Positions 22,472 through 37,250 of a stretch of 64,000 nucleotides of DNA are shown one piece after another. The stretch's first letter is position 1; every line of letters starts with the position of its first letter. The position numbers and the translations under genes are program-made. Under the pieces are notes generated by a model. That model had not been told where the DNA came from and did no database searches. It saw nothing but the letters and a program-made list of their open reading frames with translations. Location of the stretch: NCBI GenBank assembly GCA_964016885.1, contig OZ024741.1, positions 333,374,001 through 333,438,000 of the forward strand, given 5' to 3'. The stretch comes from Eledone cirrhosa (Eukaryota).

Positions 22472-25400
22472 ATCATCATCATCATCATCATCATCGTTTA
22501 ACGTCTATCCTCCATGCTAGCATGGGTTTAAATGGGAATTGTCCCACATGAGGCAAGATTGGTTGTCTTGCTCGTATAGGACTGTCTGGCGGGTTTTCTA
22601 TGGCTGGATGCCCTTCCTAACACCAACCACGTTTACAGTGTGGACTGGGAGGTTTTTACTGTGTTACCTACATGGCCACATTACAGCATGGACTGTGTGT
22701 TTCTTTTGTCGTGACACCTACACAACCTCATTTATTTAGGACTTGATGTTGTGGTACCAACATAACTTTGCAGAGAAAGAGGTGGTGTAGATGGAGGTGG
22801 CGGTAGGGGTAGTGGGGGTGTATTTTTGGTTAGGAGGTGCCTACTGACTGTAGGTTTTGCTTTGTACTTAGGCAAAGCGGGTCTTCTGTATTTCTGCGTA
22901 GCGCCAAATATCTCAGTCCAGTGACATTGTCTTGGAGAGGTGTAAGTGTGTGAGGTCAGAATTTATCAAATCGTCCCAGGTTTTTCAGGGTCTGCCTACT
23001 CCGTAGTTTCCATCTATTTTGATCGTTAAACACTTTTTTATACAGCTGTCGTCTTAAATGCGCATCAAGTGACCATACCAATGTAGTCTTCTCTCGAGTG
23101 AACAGCATCTGATCCCCCTTATTCCTAATTTCTCACTTAGTTCATGCTTTGCCGATCACGTATATTACTATTACACATCCAAGGGAGCATACAAGCTTCA
23201 TTCCTCTCCAGTCTGCGCAGATCCTCTGCACACAATGGCCATGTCTCACTGCCATGTAACATTGCTGTTTGTATGCAGGCATCATAGAGTCTGCCTTTCA
23301 TTTTTAGAGAGAAACCTTTAGCGGCCAACAGGGGCATAAGCTCTCTGAACTTTTTCCATCCCGTTCTGACTCTAGCTACTGTACTTTCAGAGCACCCTCC
23401 ACCACTGCTGATTTTGTTACCCAGGTAACGGAAGGTGTCCACAATTTCTATAGAACCATCTTGGCAATGGAAGGAGCTAGTATCCGGTGGGCACTTGCTA
23501 CTAGTTATTGCACCTGAGCACCAGCCACATATAAAATCTATGTTCTTAGTTAGTTTACCTGTGATCCCATTACATCTTTTATGCACCCATACTTTGTATT
23601 TGGGACAAAAAATGGAGTTTCTGCCTACTCTTTTCCTACACACTGAGCATGGCCATTTCCCAGAGGGGACAAGTGCCCTATTTTCCTTCCTACAAACTAG
23701 AACTTTAGTTTTAGACAAGTCAATTTTAAGGCCTTTTGATTCTAGGCTTTGATTCTAGGCCGTTTCCAAGTTTGGAATTTCTTCTCTAGTTCAGCCATTG
23801 ATTCAGCGTTAGATTATCTGCGTATAGAAGTTCCCATGGGCAGCCAGTCTTGAACTCCTCTGTTATAGCCTGAAGGGCAATAACAAATAGGAGGGGGCTA
23901 AGGACAGAGCCCTGATGAACACTGACTTTTACACTAAATTCTTCACTATATTCTTTGTTAATTCTAACCTTGCTGACTGTTTCTTTATACATGGTTTGTA
24001 TAGCTCTCACGAGCCATTCATCAACACCTAGTTTTCTAAGAGCCCACCAGATAATGGAGCGGGGGGGCTCTGTTAAAGGCTTTCTCCAAGTCAACAAAAG
24101 TTAAGTATAGGGGTTTACTTTTAGCTAGTTGTTGTCGTACAAGGAAAAGAGCGTCTGTGGTACTTTTACCTGACACAAACCCAAACTGCATTTCATCTAG
24201 ATCAATTCGCTCTCTGATTAGTTGCGCTATAACTCTTTCTGTGACCTTCATGACCTAGTCAATTAATTTAATGCCTCTATAGTTTCCCCTATCTAGGGCA
24301 TCTCCTTTACCCTTGTAGCAGTTAATGATGATGATGCTACGCCAGTCATTTGGTATGACCCCATTCTGTATGACTCAGTTTACTATCCGGGTGACCACAG
24401 TGTGTCCCACCATTCCAGATGCTTTCAGCATTTCAGCAAATATCTCCAAAGACCCAGCTGCTTTGCCTGTCTTCATATCTTTGATTGCCTTACTTATTAT
24501 ACTACCTTCAACTTGCACTGCTGGTCCCTCTATTGGATTGATTTGGGACAGACTATCTTTTTCCCACTTATTCTCCTCATTTAATAGTCTCTTATAGTGA
24601 CACTTCCAGGCTATCTTCTTATCAGTATCAGTGATGGCAAGTATACCATCATCATTACGGACACACTTCTCCCCGACAATATCACGGTTTTCCTTCACAC
24701 ATTGTCTAGCAATCCTGAACACCTCACGTTTTTGGTCCTCGCATTGTAGAACATGCTTGAACTTTCTTTCCTCTGCTTCCCTTCTTGCAAGGTACACTTG
24801 TCTCCTAGCTTCCCTCCTGGCCACTTCATAGTGTTCTCTACTTCCCCAATCCCGCCATACTTTCCAAGCTTGCTTTTTGGCCTTAATTGATCCCTCCACC
24901 TTACTGTTCCACTACCATGTTACTCTCCTTCTGCCTATGGGTCTGCTCCAGCCACAGATTTCATATGTCGCCTTCAGCAGGTTAGCTTTCAGGAATTCCC
25001 ACTGTTCCTCTATATTGTACGTCTCTAATTGTTCTTCCTTACTGTCAAAAGCATCAAGTAGTATGCTTTTAAATCTGTTACTAGCTGTGGGGTCCTTTAA
25101 CTTCCATATTCTTCTTCTGTGGGTGGTCCTCCTCTGTTGTCGATTACCTCTCCTCCTGACTATGAGGTCACTAACTATGAGGCTATGTTGGGAGGTGCAT
25201 TCTTCACGAGGGAGGGATTTAGTGTTTACAACCGACACTTTGTCTTCTGGTAAGGATATAATCTATCTGACTGGCGTATTCGCCTGATCGATAGGTGATC
25301 AAGTGATTGTCTCTTTTTTTTTAAGTTTGTGTTGCAGATAGTTAGGTTATTTGTGTCACAGAATTCCAGAATTCTGAAGCCTTCCTCATTTCTGGTACCA

Positions 25401-26240
25401 AACCCGTAACCTCGATGGATTCCGTCATAGCTGTCACAATGTTGTCCAACATGACCATTTAGGTCACCAGCAATAATTATGTAGTCACTGTCGGTTAGTT
25501 GGGAGGTAGTGTGCATTAGTGACTCATAGAATCTGTCTTTTATACCGCCAGGCAGTCCAGATTGTGGTGCGTAAGCGGATATTATTGTCACAGTAGTTCT
25601 ATTTAGGACAAGTCTTATTTTGATTATTCTGTCGTTCACTCTATTTACGTCAATTACCTTATCTACCCATTTTTCTGCTAACATAATTCCTACTCCACCC
25701 AGCCCATTTTCATTTCTCACCCAGAAAAGTTTATAGCATCGTTTTTTAGCCACAGTGAATCTAGCAGACCCACCCCTCCACCTAGTCTCTTGGATGCAAC
25801 AAGCATCAACTTCCTTACGTTCAAGCATCTCTACAACCTCATTTGAGTGACCTTTTAAAGTGTCTACATTCATGGTACCAACTCTGAAGTTTTGGATTTC
25901 GTTTGATGGGTGGAAGGGATGGGTTGGAGGTGTAGGGAGGGGTGAGGGAGATGGGTTATGTTTGCCATCTGGGTCTGAAATAAAGAGGAATCCTTGCATT
26001 TTCGTCCGGCCACATGAGGTGAATTTATCTTTATCTTTGACATTGTCATTTGAGTGTCCAGATTCATCGTACTCTCCAGAATCCCACAGCCCATCTAACA
26101 TATTAAAGGCAATCAGGTTTAAACTAAAGGAGTGAATAGCCGAGGCAATGGTTTTGTGTAAGAGATTGGTAAGAGAGACGTATAAGCCGCTGAATTATGA
26201 TTGAACCATCTAATAATGGTGGTGAGTGGGGGCGGGGGGA
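22472..26240 (-). pseudogene. Degraded near full-length RTE LINE
   Basis: Consecutive frameshifted ORFs (25226-26101, 24912-25238, 24375-24899, 24036-24251, 23786-24097, 23137-23718) give endonuclease, RT (YADN) and PHD-like finger, collinear with 37251-40163. Confidence 0.95.
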
Positions 26241-26930
26241 AGTTAACTAGAAGGTTATTTTTTCTTTTTTTTTTAATCTAAACCTATAAACGGACATATA
26301 ACAGTAATCAGTGTTTAAATACGAGAAGGTTATTAAACAAACGTATAACAGTAATCAGAGTTTAAATACAAGAAGATTGTTTTTGAGGGTCTAACATTAA
26401 TCGAATAAAATTGAAAGCTTGGATTCTAAGTAAATGGACCATGTAAAATCATAGAGACAGACAAGAAAATGGCGTAAATACCATTACATTTCTCAAATAT
26501 CCCTTCGACAGGGATGAAGATTCGAAAAATTCTGAAATTTTTTACAACGGACAGGTTCATTTTATACTTGCTAAGAGAGAGAGAGGGAGGCCTGTAGGTT
26601 TATAGACAATGCATTGGGGGACAGAGTAGAGGAGAAGAAGAAGGAAGAATGTTCCCGAAAAAGTTATAACTAGAAGGCTATTATTTTTTTTTTTAATCTA
26701 AACCTATAAATGGACGTATAACAGTAATCAGTGTTTAAATACGAGAAGGTTATTAAACAAACGTATAACAGTAATCAGTGTTTAAATACGAGAAGGTTAT
26801 TAAACAAATGTATAACAGTAATTAGTGTTTAAATACGAGAAGGTTATTAAACAAACGTATAACAGTAATCAGAGTTTAAATACAAGAAGATTGTTTTTGA
26901 GGGTCTGACAGAATTAATCGAATAAAATTT
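26241..26930. repeat. Duplicated block with 47-bp tandem units at the 5' end of the degraded RTE
   Basis: gaaggttattaaacaaacgtataacagtaatcagtgtttaaatacga at 26745, 26792, 26839; block duplicated at about 26241-26412 and 26661-26928. Confidence 0.85.
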
Positions 26931-27071
26931 GTTTGCTTTACTTTCTCTGTTGTGTTGTTGTTCCTCTTGTTCTTGTTTGCTCCTTCATTAGAGTTTTATA
27001 GATTTATTTAAAATTGGTTATCAGTGTTTAAATAAATTAAACAACAACAAAACAACCATAACAATAAACAA

Positions 27072-27084
<13 letters not shown>

Positions 27085-27123
<39 letters not shown>

Positions 27124-27240
27124 TTTTCTTTATTAACCACAAGGGTTTACATAAAGTAGACATTAAGGACAGTACAGGACAATACAGGACGGTACAAATG
27201 GGCATTTCTGCGTGTAAAAAAACAAAAAACAGGATGTAAT
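27085..27240 (-). mobile_element. Probable LINE 3' end with AATAAA and (ATT)n tail
   Basis: Minus strand ...cccttgtggttaataaagaaaac followed by (att)n. Confidence 0.4.
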
Positions 27241-27247
27241 AAAAGTA

Positions 27248-27667
27248 ATAATAATAATTGTTTCTACTTTAGGCACAAGGCCAGCAATTACCCAGTGCAT
27301 TACTGGTACTTTATTTTATCGACCCCGTAAGGATGAAAGGCAAAGTCAACCTTGGCGGGAGTAATAATAATAATAATAATTGTTTCTACTTTTGGCACAA
27401 GGCCACTAATTAACCAGTGCATTACTGTATTACTGGTACTTTATTTTATCGACCCCGTAAGGATGAAAGGCAAAGTCAACCTCGGCGGGATTTGAACTCA
27501 GAATGGCAACAATAATAATAATAATTGTTTCTACTTTTGGCACAAGGCCAGCAATTACCCAGTGCATTACTGGTACTTTATTTTATCGACCCCGTAAGGA
27601 TGAAAGGCAAAGTTAACCTCGGCGGGATTTGAACTCAGAATGGCAAGGGCCGTAACTCTATGCATCA
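27248..27667 (-). mobile_element. Three head-to-tail 5'-truncated Meta-core SINE copies
   Basis: Units at about 27248-27360, 27372-27508 and 27512-27667, each starting at an (AAT)n tail. Confidence 0.85.
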
Positions 27668-28364
27668 ATGATGATGATGATAGCAACAACAATAACAACA
27701 ATAATGGTAATAATCAACTAGTTTGTTATGTGTGTTGTGTATTAAAAGCAGTTGTTATGCTTTGCCTCCAATTATCCATCCCTCGGGCTTCAACCAATAA
27801 ATTTTTCCCAAAGACTGTTACTGTTCCAGTCCAATTATCATTTTACCATCATTACTATCTTTGCTTTTTTAATGATTATTATGATGTTATTGTTATTGTT
27901 GTTGTTATTGTCTTTAAAGTTATAGCCATCTTCCTTTCAGATCTCTGTCTTTGTAAACAAGAATATTTTTGCATTGTTTCTCATGTTTTATTTATTTTGT
28001 TGCTGTCTATTTTTTTAAAAATTATTTTCCCTGTTATTATAACTTTCTTCATTTTCCCTTTTTTAATTGTTTTAGTTCAAATTGTTATTGTTGTTTCTGA
28101 TGGGTTTTTTTCCTTTTTTTTTCTTAACTATTCTTTGCTAATTATCGTTAGAAACGTTTTCGTGTTGTAAGAAATCTTGATTAGAAAATAATTAAAAGAA
28201 TGTCATCAATTCCATGGAATGAAATTAGTGTTGTGTGTTTCTCTCTTTCTGCACTGTTCTGTTCTTTAATGAACTATCATAAGCTATTTTGTTGGTAACT
28301 ATATTAGGTTTCTTGGGAAGAGAGAGAGGGAGATAGTGTCTCTTAGATGGAATTTCTATCATCA

Positions 28365-29075
28365 ATGTATCATTATCATTATCATTATCATCATCGTCAT
28401 CATCATATCATTAGCATTTTCATTAACATATCATTATCATCATCATAATCATCATCATTGTTATCATCATTATCATTATCATCATCGTCATCATCATATC
28501 ATTATCATTTTCATTAACATATCATCATTATCATCATAATCATCATCATTGTTATCATCATTATCATTATCATCATCGTCATCATCATATCATTATCATT
28601 TTCATTAACATATCATTATCATCATCATAATCATCATCATTGTTATCATCATTATCATTATCATCATCGTCATCATCATATCATTATCATTTTCATTAAC
28701 ATATCATCATTATCATCATAATCATCATCATTGTTATCATCATTATCATTATCATCATCGTCATCATCATATCATTATCATTTTCATTAACATATCATTA
28801 TCATCATCATAATCATCATCATTGTTATCATCATTATCATTATCATCATCGTCATCATCATATCATTATCATTTTCATTAACATATCATCATTATCATCA
28901 TAATCATCATCATTGTTATCATCATTATCATTATCATCATCGTCATCATCATATCATTATCATTTTCATTAACATATCATCATTATCATCATAATCATCA
29001 TCATTGTTATCATCATTATCATTATCATCATCGTCATCATCATATCATTAGCATTTTCATTAACATATCATTATC
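28365..29075. repeat. 91-bp minisatellite built from (ATC)n
   Basis: Marker tgttatc recurs at 28460, 28551, 28642, 28733, 28824, 28915, 29006 (exact 91-bp period). Confidence 0.9.
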
Positions 29076-29404
29076 ATCATAATCATCATCATCGTTATTA
29101 TCATTATCATCATTATCATCATAATCATCATCAACATATCACTATCATTATCATTTTCATGAACATATCATCAACATATCATTATCATCATCATCATCAT
29201 TATCATTATCATCATCAACATATCATTATCATTATCATCGTCATCATCATCATCATAATCATCATAATCATCATCCTCGTTATCATCATCATCGTCGTCA
29301 TCATTATCATCATCAACATATCATTATCATTATCATCATCATTGTCATCATTATCATCATTATCATCATAATCATCATCATTGTTATCATTATTATCATT
29401 ATCA

Positions 29405-29572
29405 TGAGAGTCGGACACCATGCTTTGAATCACAGAGTTACGTCCCTTTATGATCTGAGTTCAAATCCTGCCGAGGTTAACTTTGCCTTTTATCCTTACG
29501 GGGTCAATAAAATAAAGTACCAGTAATGTACTGGGTAATTGCTGGCCTTGTGCCTAAAAATAGAAACAATTA
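29405..29572 (+). mobile_element. Meta-core SINE (5'-truncated)
   Basis: gagttcaaatcc, core and tail. Confidence 0.8.
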
Positions 29573-30934
29573 TCATTAACATATCATTATCATGATAATC
29601 GTTATTCTCATTATCAACATATCGTTATCATCATTATCATTCACATCAAGACATTATCATCATTCCTACCTTATCTACTATCACCATTGCCATCTGCTGT
29701 AATCCTACCAATGACAAACACATCATCATTGTCACAACATCACCATCACCACAACTATCATCACAATCAACATTTATATTACCATCATTATCATCACCAT
29801 CTAGACCAGAACTATCAACACCATCATCATCATCATCATTATCATCATCACTATCATGTTTACTATAAAATTTTCTATATCATTAAAATCAACATTATCA
29901 TAACAATCACCACTACCATCATAACCATCACTATCACCATAACTGCCAGCCCCATAACAATCACCACCACTGCTACCATAACCATCACAATCATCATAAC
30001 CACCACAATCACCATAAGCACCACAATCACCATCACAATCATTAACCACCACAACAATCACCATGACAATCATCATAACCATCACCATCACAATCATTAA
30101 TCACCACGGACTATATGATTAATTCAAGTCTAGTAAAGCTGGAATCAAGAAAATTAGACAAAGAATGATGATGATGATGATGATGGCGGTGGTGGTGATG
30201 ATGATGAGGATGTTCATGGTAGTGGTGGTAGTGACAATGATGATGACAATGGTGATTATGAGGGTGATGATGATAATGATGATGGCGGTGGTTTTAATAA
30301 TGGGGAGAAGAAGGTGGAGGATGTAAAAGGTGGAGGGTTATATAGTAAGGATAGGAATGGTTGTAATGAGAATAATGAAGGTTATATATATATATATATG
30401 ATCAAATGTTAATAAGGTTCATTGATTACTCAATGAATATAGTTTTACAATAGATTCAAAGCACTCAACAGTGTAGTTTTCTGGAGTTATTAATATTATT
30501 CAAATATTATTCACGCATCATGTCCCTTTCTTCTTTCTTACTTTCTTTCTTTCCTGTTGCAGTTATGTATTCCATCCTCTCTTTTATCTCCCTCTCCCTC
30601 CTTTTTATCTTCATATTTTTTTGTTTCCCTCCTCTCTTCTATTTAGCACTCTCTCTATCTCCCTTCTGTTTCTTCTCTAACATGAATATTTAAATATTTT
30701 AAATATTTTAACATTTATGTACTTATGTGTTTATTTATTTCTTCTATATTTTCTCATACTCACCCCTTCTTGATACTTATATCTCACTCCACATCCCTCT
30801 CTTCATCATATTTAGTTTGTCATCTTATTCCTTCTTGTGGTATATAAACATAGAGCTTTGTTGTAATAAATCACTGCCAAGACTGAAATTAAACCACCAA
30901 GACAGTTGAGGTATGTCGTACATCAATTTAGGTA

Positions 30935-30996
30935 TTTTATCTGATGAGGACGTACTGAAAAAACAGCACAGTACCTCCGAAATATATATAATAAAA
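30935..30996 (+). ncRNA. Type I hammerhead motif in a Penelope-like remnant (30400-31045)
   Basis: ttttat CTGATGA ggacgtactg-loop-cagtacctcc GAAA t atat ATA ataaaa; perfect 6-bp stem I; homologous to 42690-42750. Confidence 0.75.
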
Positions 30997-31061
30997 CATA
31001 TATTTTGATTATGTGAACGTCTTCATTTATTATTATTTTGAATTATATATATATATATATA

Positions 31062-31874
31062 TCATCATCATCATCATCATCAACGTTTAACGTCCGTGTT
31101 CCACGCTTGCATGGGTTTGGACGGGGGTAGTCCCACTTGAGGCAAGAGTGATTGTCTTGCTCGCATAGGACTGTCTGGCAGGTTTTCTACAGTTGGATGC
31201 CCTTCCTAACACCAACCACATTTACAGTGTGGGTCTGGGAGGTTTTTACCGTGTTGCCTACACGGCCACATTACAGCGTGGACTGTGTGTTTTTTTGTCG
31301 TGACACCTACACGATCTCATTTGTTTCGGCCCGGATGGCGCGGCACCAACATAACTTTACATAGGAAGGGGTGGTGTGGATGGGGTGGGGGTGGTGGTGG
31401 TGGGACGGGGTGTATTTTGTTAGAGATGCCTACTGGCAAGGCGGGTCTTCTCTGTTACTGAGTACCGCCAAAGGTCTCGGTCCAGTGACATTGTCTTGGA
31501 GAGGTGTAAGTGTGTGAGGTCGGAGTTTATCAGCTCATCCCAGGTTTTTCTAGGTCTGCCTATTCCGTGGCTACCGTCTATCTTTATTGCCCTGCACTTT
31601 GTTATACAGCTATCGACTTTCATGCGCATCACGTGTCCATACCAACGTAGCCTTCTCTCGAGTAAACAACATCTGATCCCTCTTATCTCTAATTTTTTCC
31701 TTAGTTCGTTTATGCTTTGCCGTTCACGTATATTACTGTTACACATCCAGCGGAGCATGCAAGCTTCGTTCCTCTCTAGTCTGCGTATATCCTCTGCACA
31801 CAATGCCCAGGTCTCACTGCCATGCAACATTGCTGTTCGTATGCAGGCATCGTACAACCTGCCTTTCATTTTTA

Positions 31875-31876
<2 letters not shown>
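31062..31876 (-). mobile_element. 5'-truncated young RTE copy
   Basis: LKMKGRLYDACIRTAMLHGSETWAL...RPRKTWDELINSDL nearly identical to the 37251 ORF end; small deletion removes the normal stop; (atc)n tail. Confidence 0.92.
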
Positions 31877-31944
<68 letters not shown>

Positions 31945-31956
31945 GTATATATATAT

Positions 31957-32150
31957 CAGATAGGGTGTGGTAAAAATACCAGGTGGACCATAACCCACCA
32001 GAGTACTCGATACTTGGGGTAGTAGAGTGGGTAATATGAACAGATTTAGGACCCCGATGGCTGAGCTCTGGCCGTTTCAACAGATAGATCTGAACGGGTC
32101 TAGCTGTCGAAATGGAAGGAGTTCAGCCATCAGGGTCCTGACTCTTTTCG
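31957..32150. mobile_element. Penelope-like palindrome plus extension (hammerhead 3'-half family)
   Basis: ggaccccgatggctgagctc...gagttcagccatcagggtcc; related copies at 160-318, 34905-35015, 42380-42570, 52873-52926. Confidence 0.6.
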
Positions 32151-32193
<43 letters not shown>

Positions 32194-32330
32194 GTAAAAT
32201 CCCCAAACCATTTGGTGTTGTGATTGGAATTTTTCTTATACTCACTCTGCATCTCTCCATGCATTGAGTACTCCTATGATTAGTGGTCTCACTGGTCGCA
32301 GCACAACAGACCCTCTCACTCTTCTCTCTC

Positions 32331-32361
<31 letters not shown>

Positions 32362-32404
32362 CGAAATGAAAATCCGAAGGCAAGGTAAAATTCCAATCAT
32401 TTAA

Positions 32405-32478
32405 TCACGACACATGTTTCAATAAGAGATAGAACGATTGTGAAGCCATGATCGATTATCACTGATCTCATCAGGTGA
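32405..32478 (-). ncRNA. Type I hammerhead motif with extended stem II
   Basis: Minus strand ucac CUGAUGA gaucagugauaaucgau...aucguucuaucucuuauu GAAAC augu GUC guga. Confidence 0.7.
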
Positions 32479-32677
32479 AAATGAATTGTCTTCAAATTCT
32501 TGATATGAGGGAGAAAAATAACGATGTTCTCTCACAGAATTCATTCCCTCATATATGTATATATATGTATATATATATATATGTATATATATATATGTAT
32601 ATATATATATGTATATATGTATATATATGTATATATATATATGTATATATATATATGTATATATATATATGTATATA

Positions 32678-32709
<32 letters not shown>

Positions 32710-32715
32710 CATATA

Positions 32716-33024
32716 TCATCATCATCATTTCATTTTACGTCCACTTTTCCCTGCTTGCAAGGGTGGGACGGGAACTGATTCTGGCTTGATTTCTACAGCT
32801 GGATGCCCTTCCTAACACCAACCTCATTTACAGTGAGTGCTGGGTGGTTTTTGCCGTGGCACCTACATGATCACTTTGCCTATCATCTCATTTCTACAGC
32901 TGAGTAAACTGGAACAAAGTGAAATAAAGTGTCTTGCTCAAGGAAACAACACATCACCCGATAGAATTGAACTCACAACCTTTCGATTGCAAGGCCAATG
33001 CTCTAACCACTAAGCCATGTGCCT

Positions 33025-33026
<2 letters not shown>
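32716..33026 (-). mobile_element. CORE-type SINE with RTE tail
   Basis: Same architecture as 8219-8553. Confidence 0.8.
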
Positions 33027-33088
<62 letters not shown>

Positions 33089-33134
33089 TATATATATAGG
33101 GAAAAGTGGACGTAAAATGAAATGATGATGATGA

Positions 33135-33249
<115 letters not shown>

Positions 33250-33250
33250 G

Positions 33251-33297
<47 letters not shown>

Positions 33298-33363
33298 GTA
33301 TATATATATATGTATATTGTTATACTTTAGGAGGGTCATGTTGCCAAATTCAGAAACGAAATA

Positions 33364-34476
<1,113 letters not shown>

Positions 34477-34588
34477 GTAATAATAATAAAATTGAAGACT
34501 AAAATCCAAAGAGGGCTCGATAAGGAAAATATATATCAAATATATAAAGAACCGTAGAGCAAATATTTATTAAAATAACAGATTAAAT

Positions 34589-34699
<111 letters not shown>

Positions 34700-34700
34700 A

Positions 34701-34753
<53 letters not shown>

Positions 34754-34771
34754 TAAGAATATATATATATG

Positions 34772-34890
<119 letters not shown>

Positions 34891-35029
34891 GAATTATATA
34901 TATCAGAGAGGGTGTGGTAAGATACCAGGTGGACCATAACCCACTAGTGTACTCGTTCGGATCTAGCTGTTGAAATGGCCAAAGCTCAGCTGTCGGGGTC
35001 CTGAATCTTTTCATATTGCATTATATATA

Positions 35030-35440
35030 TGTGGATTGGCAGTATCGGTAGAGAGTCGGGCACCATGCTTTCAAGCATAGAGTTACGTCCCTTTATGTTC
35101 AAAGCTCAAATCGCGCCGAAATTAACTATGCTTATCATCCTTACAGGGTTAATAAAATAAAGTACCAGTAATGCACTGGGGTTGATTTTATCGACTTTCC
35201 CTCCCCCCAAAATTGCTGGCCTTGTGCCTATATAAGAAACCATTATATATATGTGGATTGGCAGTATCGGTAGAGAGTCGACCACCATGCTTTGAAGCAT
35301 AGAGTTACGTCCCTTTATGTTCAAAGCTTAAATCCCGCCAAGGTTTACTTTGCATTTCATCCTTACGGGGTCGATAAAATAAAGTACCAGTAATACACTG
35401 TGATAATTGTTGGCCTTGTGCCAAAAGTAGAAACAATTAT
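35030..35440 (+). mobile_element. Two tandem Meta-core SINE copies
   Basis: gtggattggcagtatcggtagagagtcg at about 35031 and 35253, each with core and tail. Confidence 0.8.
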
Positions 35441-36513
35441 ATATATATTTACATTTCTGTCTGTCTCTTGTTCTCACCCTCACTCTCTTACCCACTCTCT
35501 TCCTCCCACTCTTATGCTATATATCTGTCCGTCTCTCACTTCCTCCCTCTCTCACTTCCTCCCTCTCTACCTCTCACCGTCACTAGTCCCAGTAAATTAA
35601 GTTTGACATGATCCATTGACCATGTCTGCTCAAAATTACATTACTATATCTGCTGATATCTATTGTTTACTCTACGACAAATTACATGGCTTTATACTGA
35701 ACCCTCCTTATCTTCCACAATCATGTGTATAGGTGTGTGTGTGTGTGAATGAGTGCATGTATATATGTGCATGAGTGTGTTTATGTATGGGAATGTATAT
35801 GCGTATGTAGTCGTGTGGGTGTATATTTGCAGGTATGGGTGTATGATATGTGTTTGTGTCTATAAGTGTATGTGCACGTGTATAGGTGTGTGTGTGTGTG
35901 TGTGTGTGTGTGAGCGTGTAATAGTGTATATGAATGTTTGTATACATGTTTGTGTGTGCATGAATGTATTTATATATGTGTGTGAATATGTGTGTGTCTA
36001 TGAGTGTGTGTCTTTGTATATATGTGTGTATGTATAGAAGTGAGTATATATATATATGTATGTATATGTGTGTGTGTGTGTCTATCTGATTGTGTATATA
36101 TATATTTTTATGTGCGTGTGTATCTATGTATATGCATGGGTGTATCTATGTGTATGTATAAATGTACGTATATGTGTGTGTGTATATATATATGTATCTA
36201 AGTGTGTGTATGTATATACACGTGCATATGTGTGTGTGTTTCTATGTGTGTGTATATATGTACATATATGTATATATATCTGAGTATGTGTATATATCTG
36301 AGTATGTGTATATATACATTGGTTGTGAGATATGTTAACACACTATCCTGCTCAGTGTTTCATGTCTTCTACTGAAATGATATCCTTCATAACATATGAT
36401 ATCTGTATATGATGATGATAATCACTTTTGATATCTTCTCTAATCATTGTGTTTACTGATACATGGCTTTATATATACAAATACACACACACACACACAC
36501 ATATATATATATT

Positions 36514-36545
<32 letters not shown>

Positions 36546-36700
36546 CACATACATACATATATATATATATATACATACATATCTATATATATACATATAT
36601 ATATACACAGACATAGATATATATACATATATATATATATATATACATACATACATATCTATATATATATATATACACATATATATATATATATATATAT

Positions 36701-36746
<46 letters not shown>

Positions 36747-37250
36747 CATCATCATCATCATCATCAGGTTTAGCGTCCGTGTTCCACGCTTGCATGGGTT
36801 TGGACGGGGGTTTTCCCACTTGAGGCAAGAGTGGTTGTCTTGCTCGCATAGGACTGTCTGGCGGGTTTTCTACAGTTGGATGCCCTTCCTAACACCAACC
36901 ACATTTACAGTGTGGGGCTGGGAGGTTTTTACCGTGTTGCCTACACGGCCACATTACAGCGTGGACTGTCTGGCGGGTTTTCTACAGCTGGATGCCCTTC
37001 CTAACACCAACCACATTTACAGTGTGGAGCTGGGAGGTTTTTACCGTGTTGCCTACACGGCCACATTTACAGCGTGGACTGTGTGTTTTTTGTCGTGACA
37101 CCTACACGATCTCATTTGTTTCGGCCTGGATGTTGTGGGACCAACATAACTTTACATTGAAAGGGCCGGTGTGGGTGGGGTGGAGGTGGTGGGACGGGGG
37201 TGTGTTTTGATAGAGATGCCTACTGACTGTAGTAGGTTTTTACTTTGTAT

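Noticed and set aside
26241-26930. 47-bp repeats (and the 27-bp array at 41500) as a CRISPR array
   Set aside because: Units are contiguous with no unique spacers, no cas genes, and the context is eukaryotic
20835-30100. Poly-His, Asp, Ile, Met or Thr ORFs (20835-21255, 28336-30100)
   Set aside because: Products of (ATC)n/(GAT)n/(ACC)n repeats, open in several frames and on both strands
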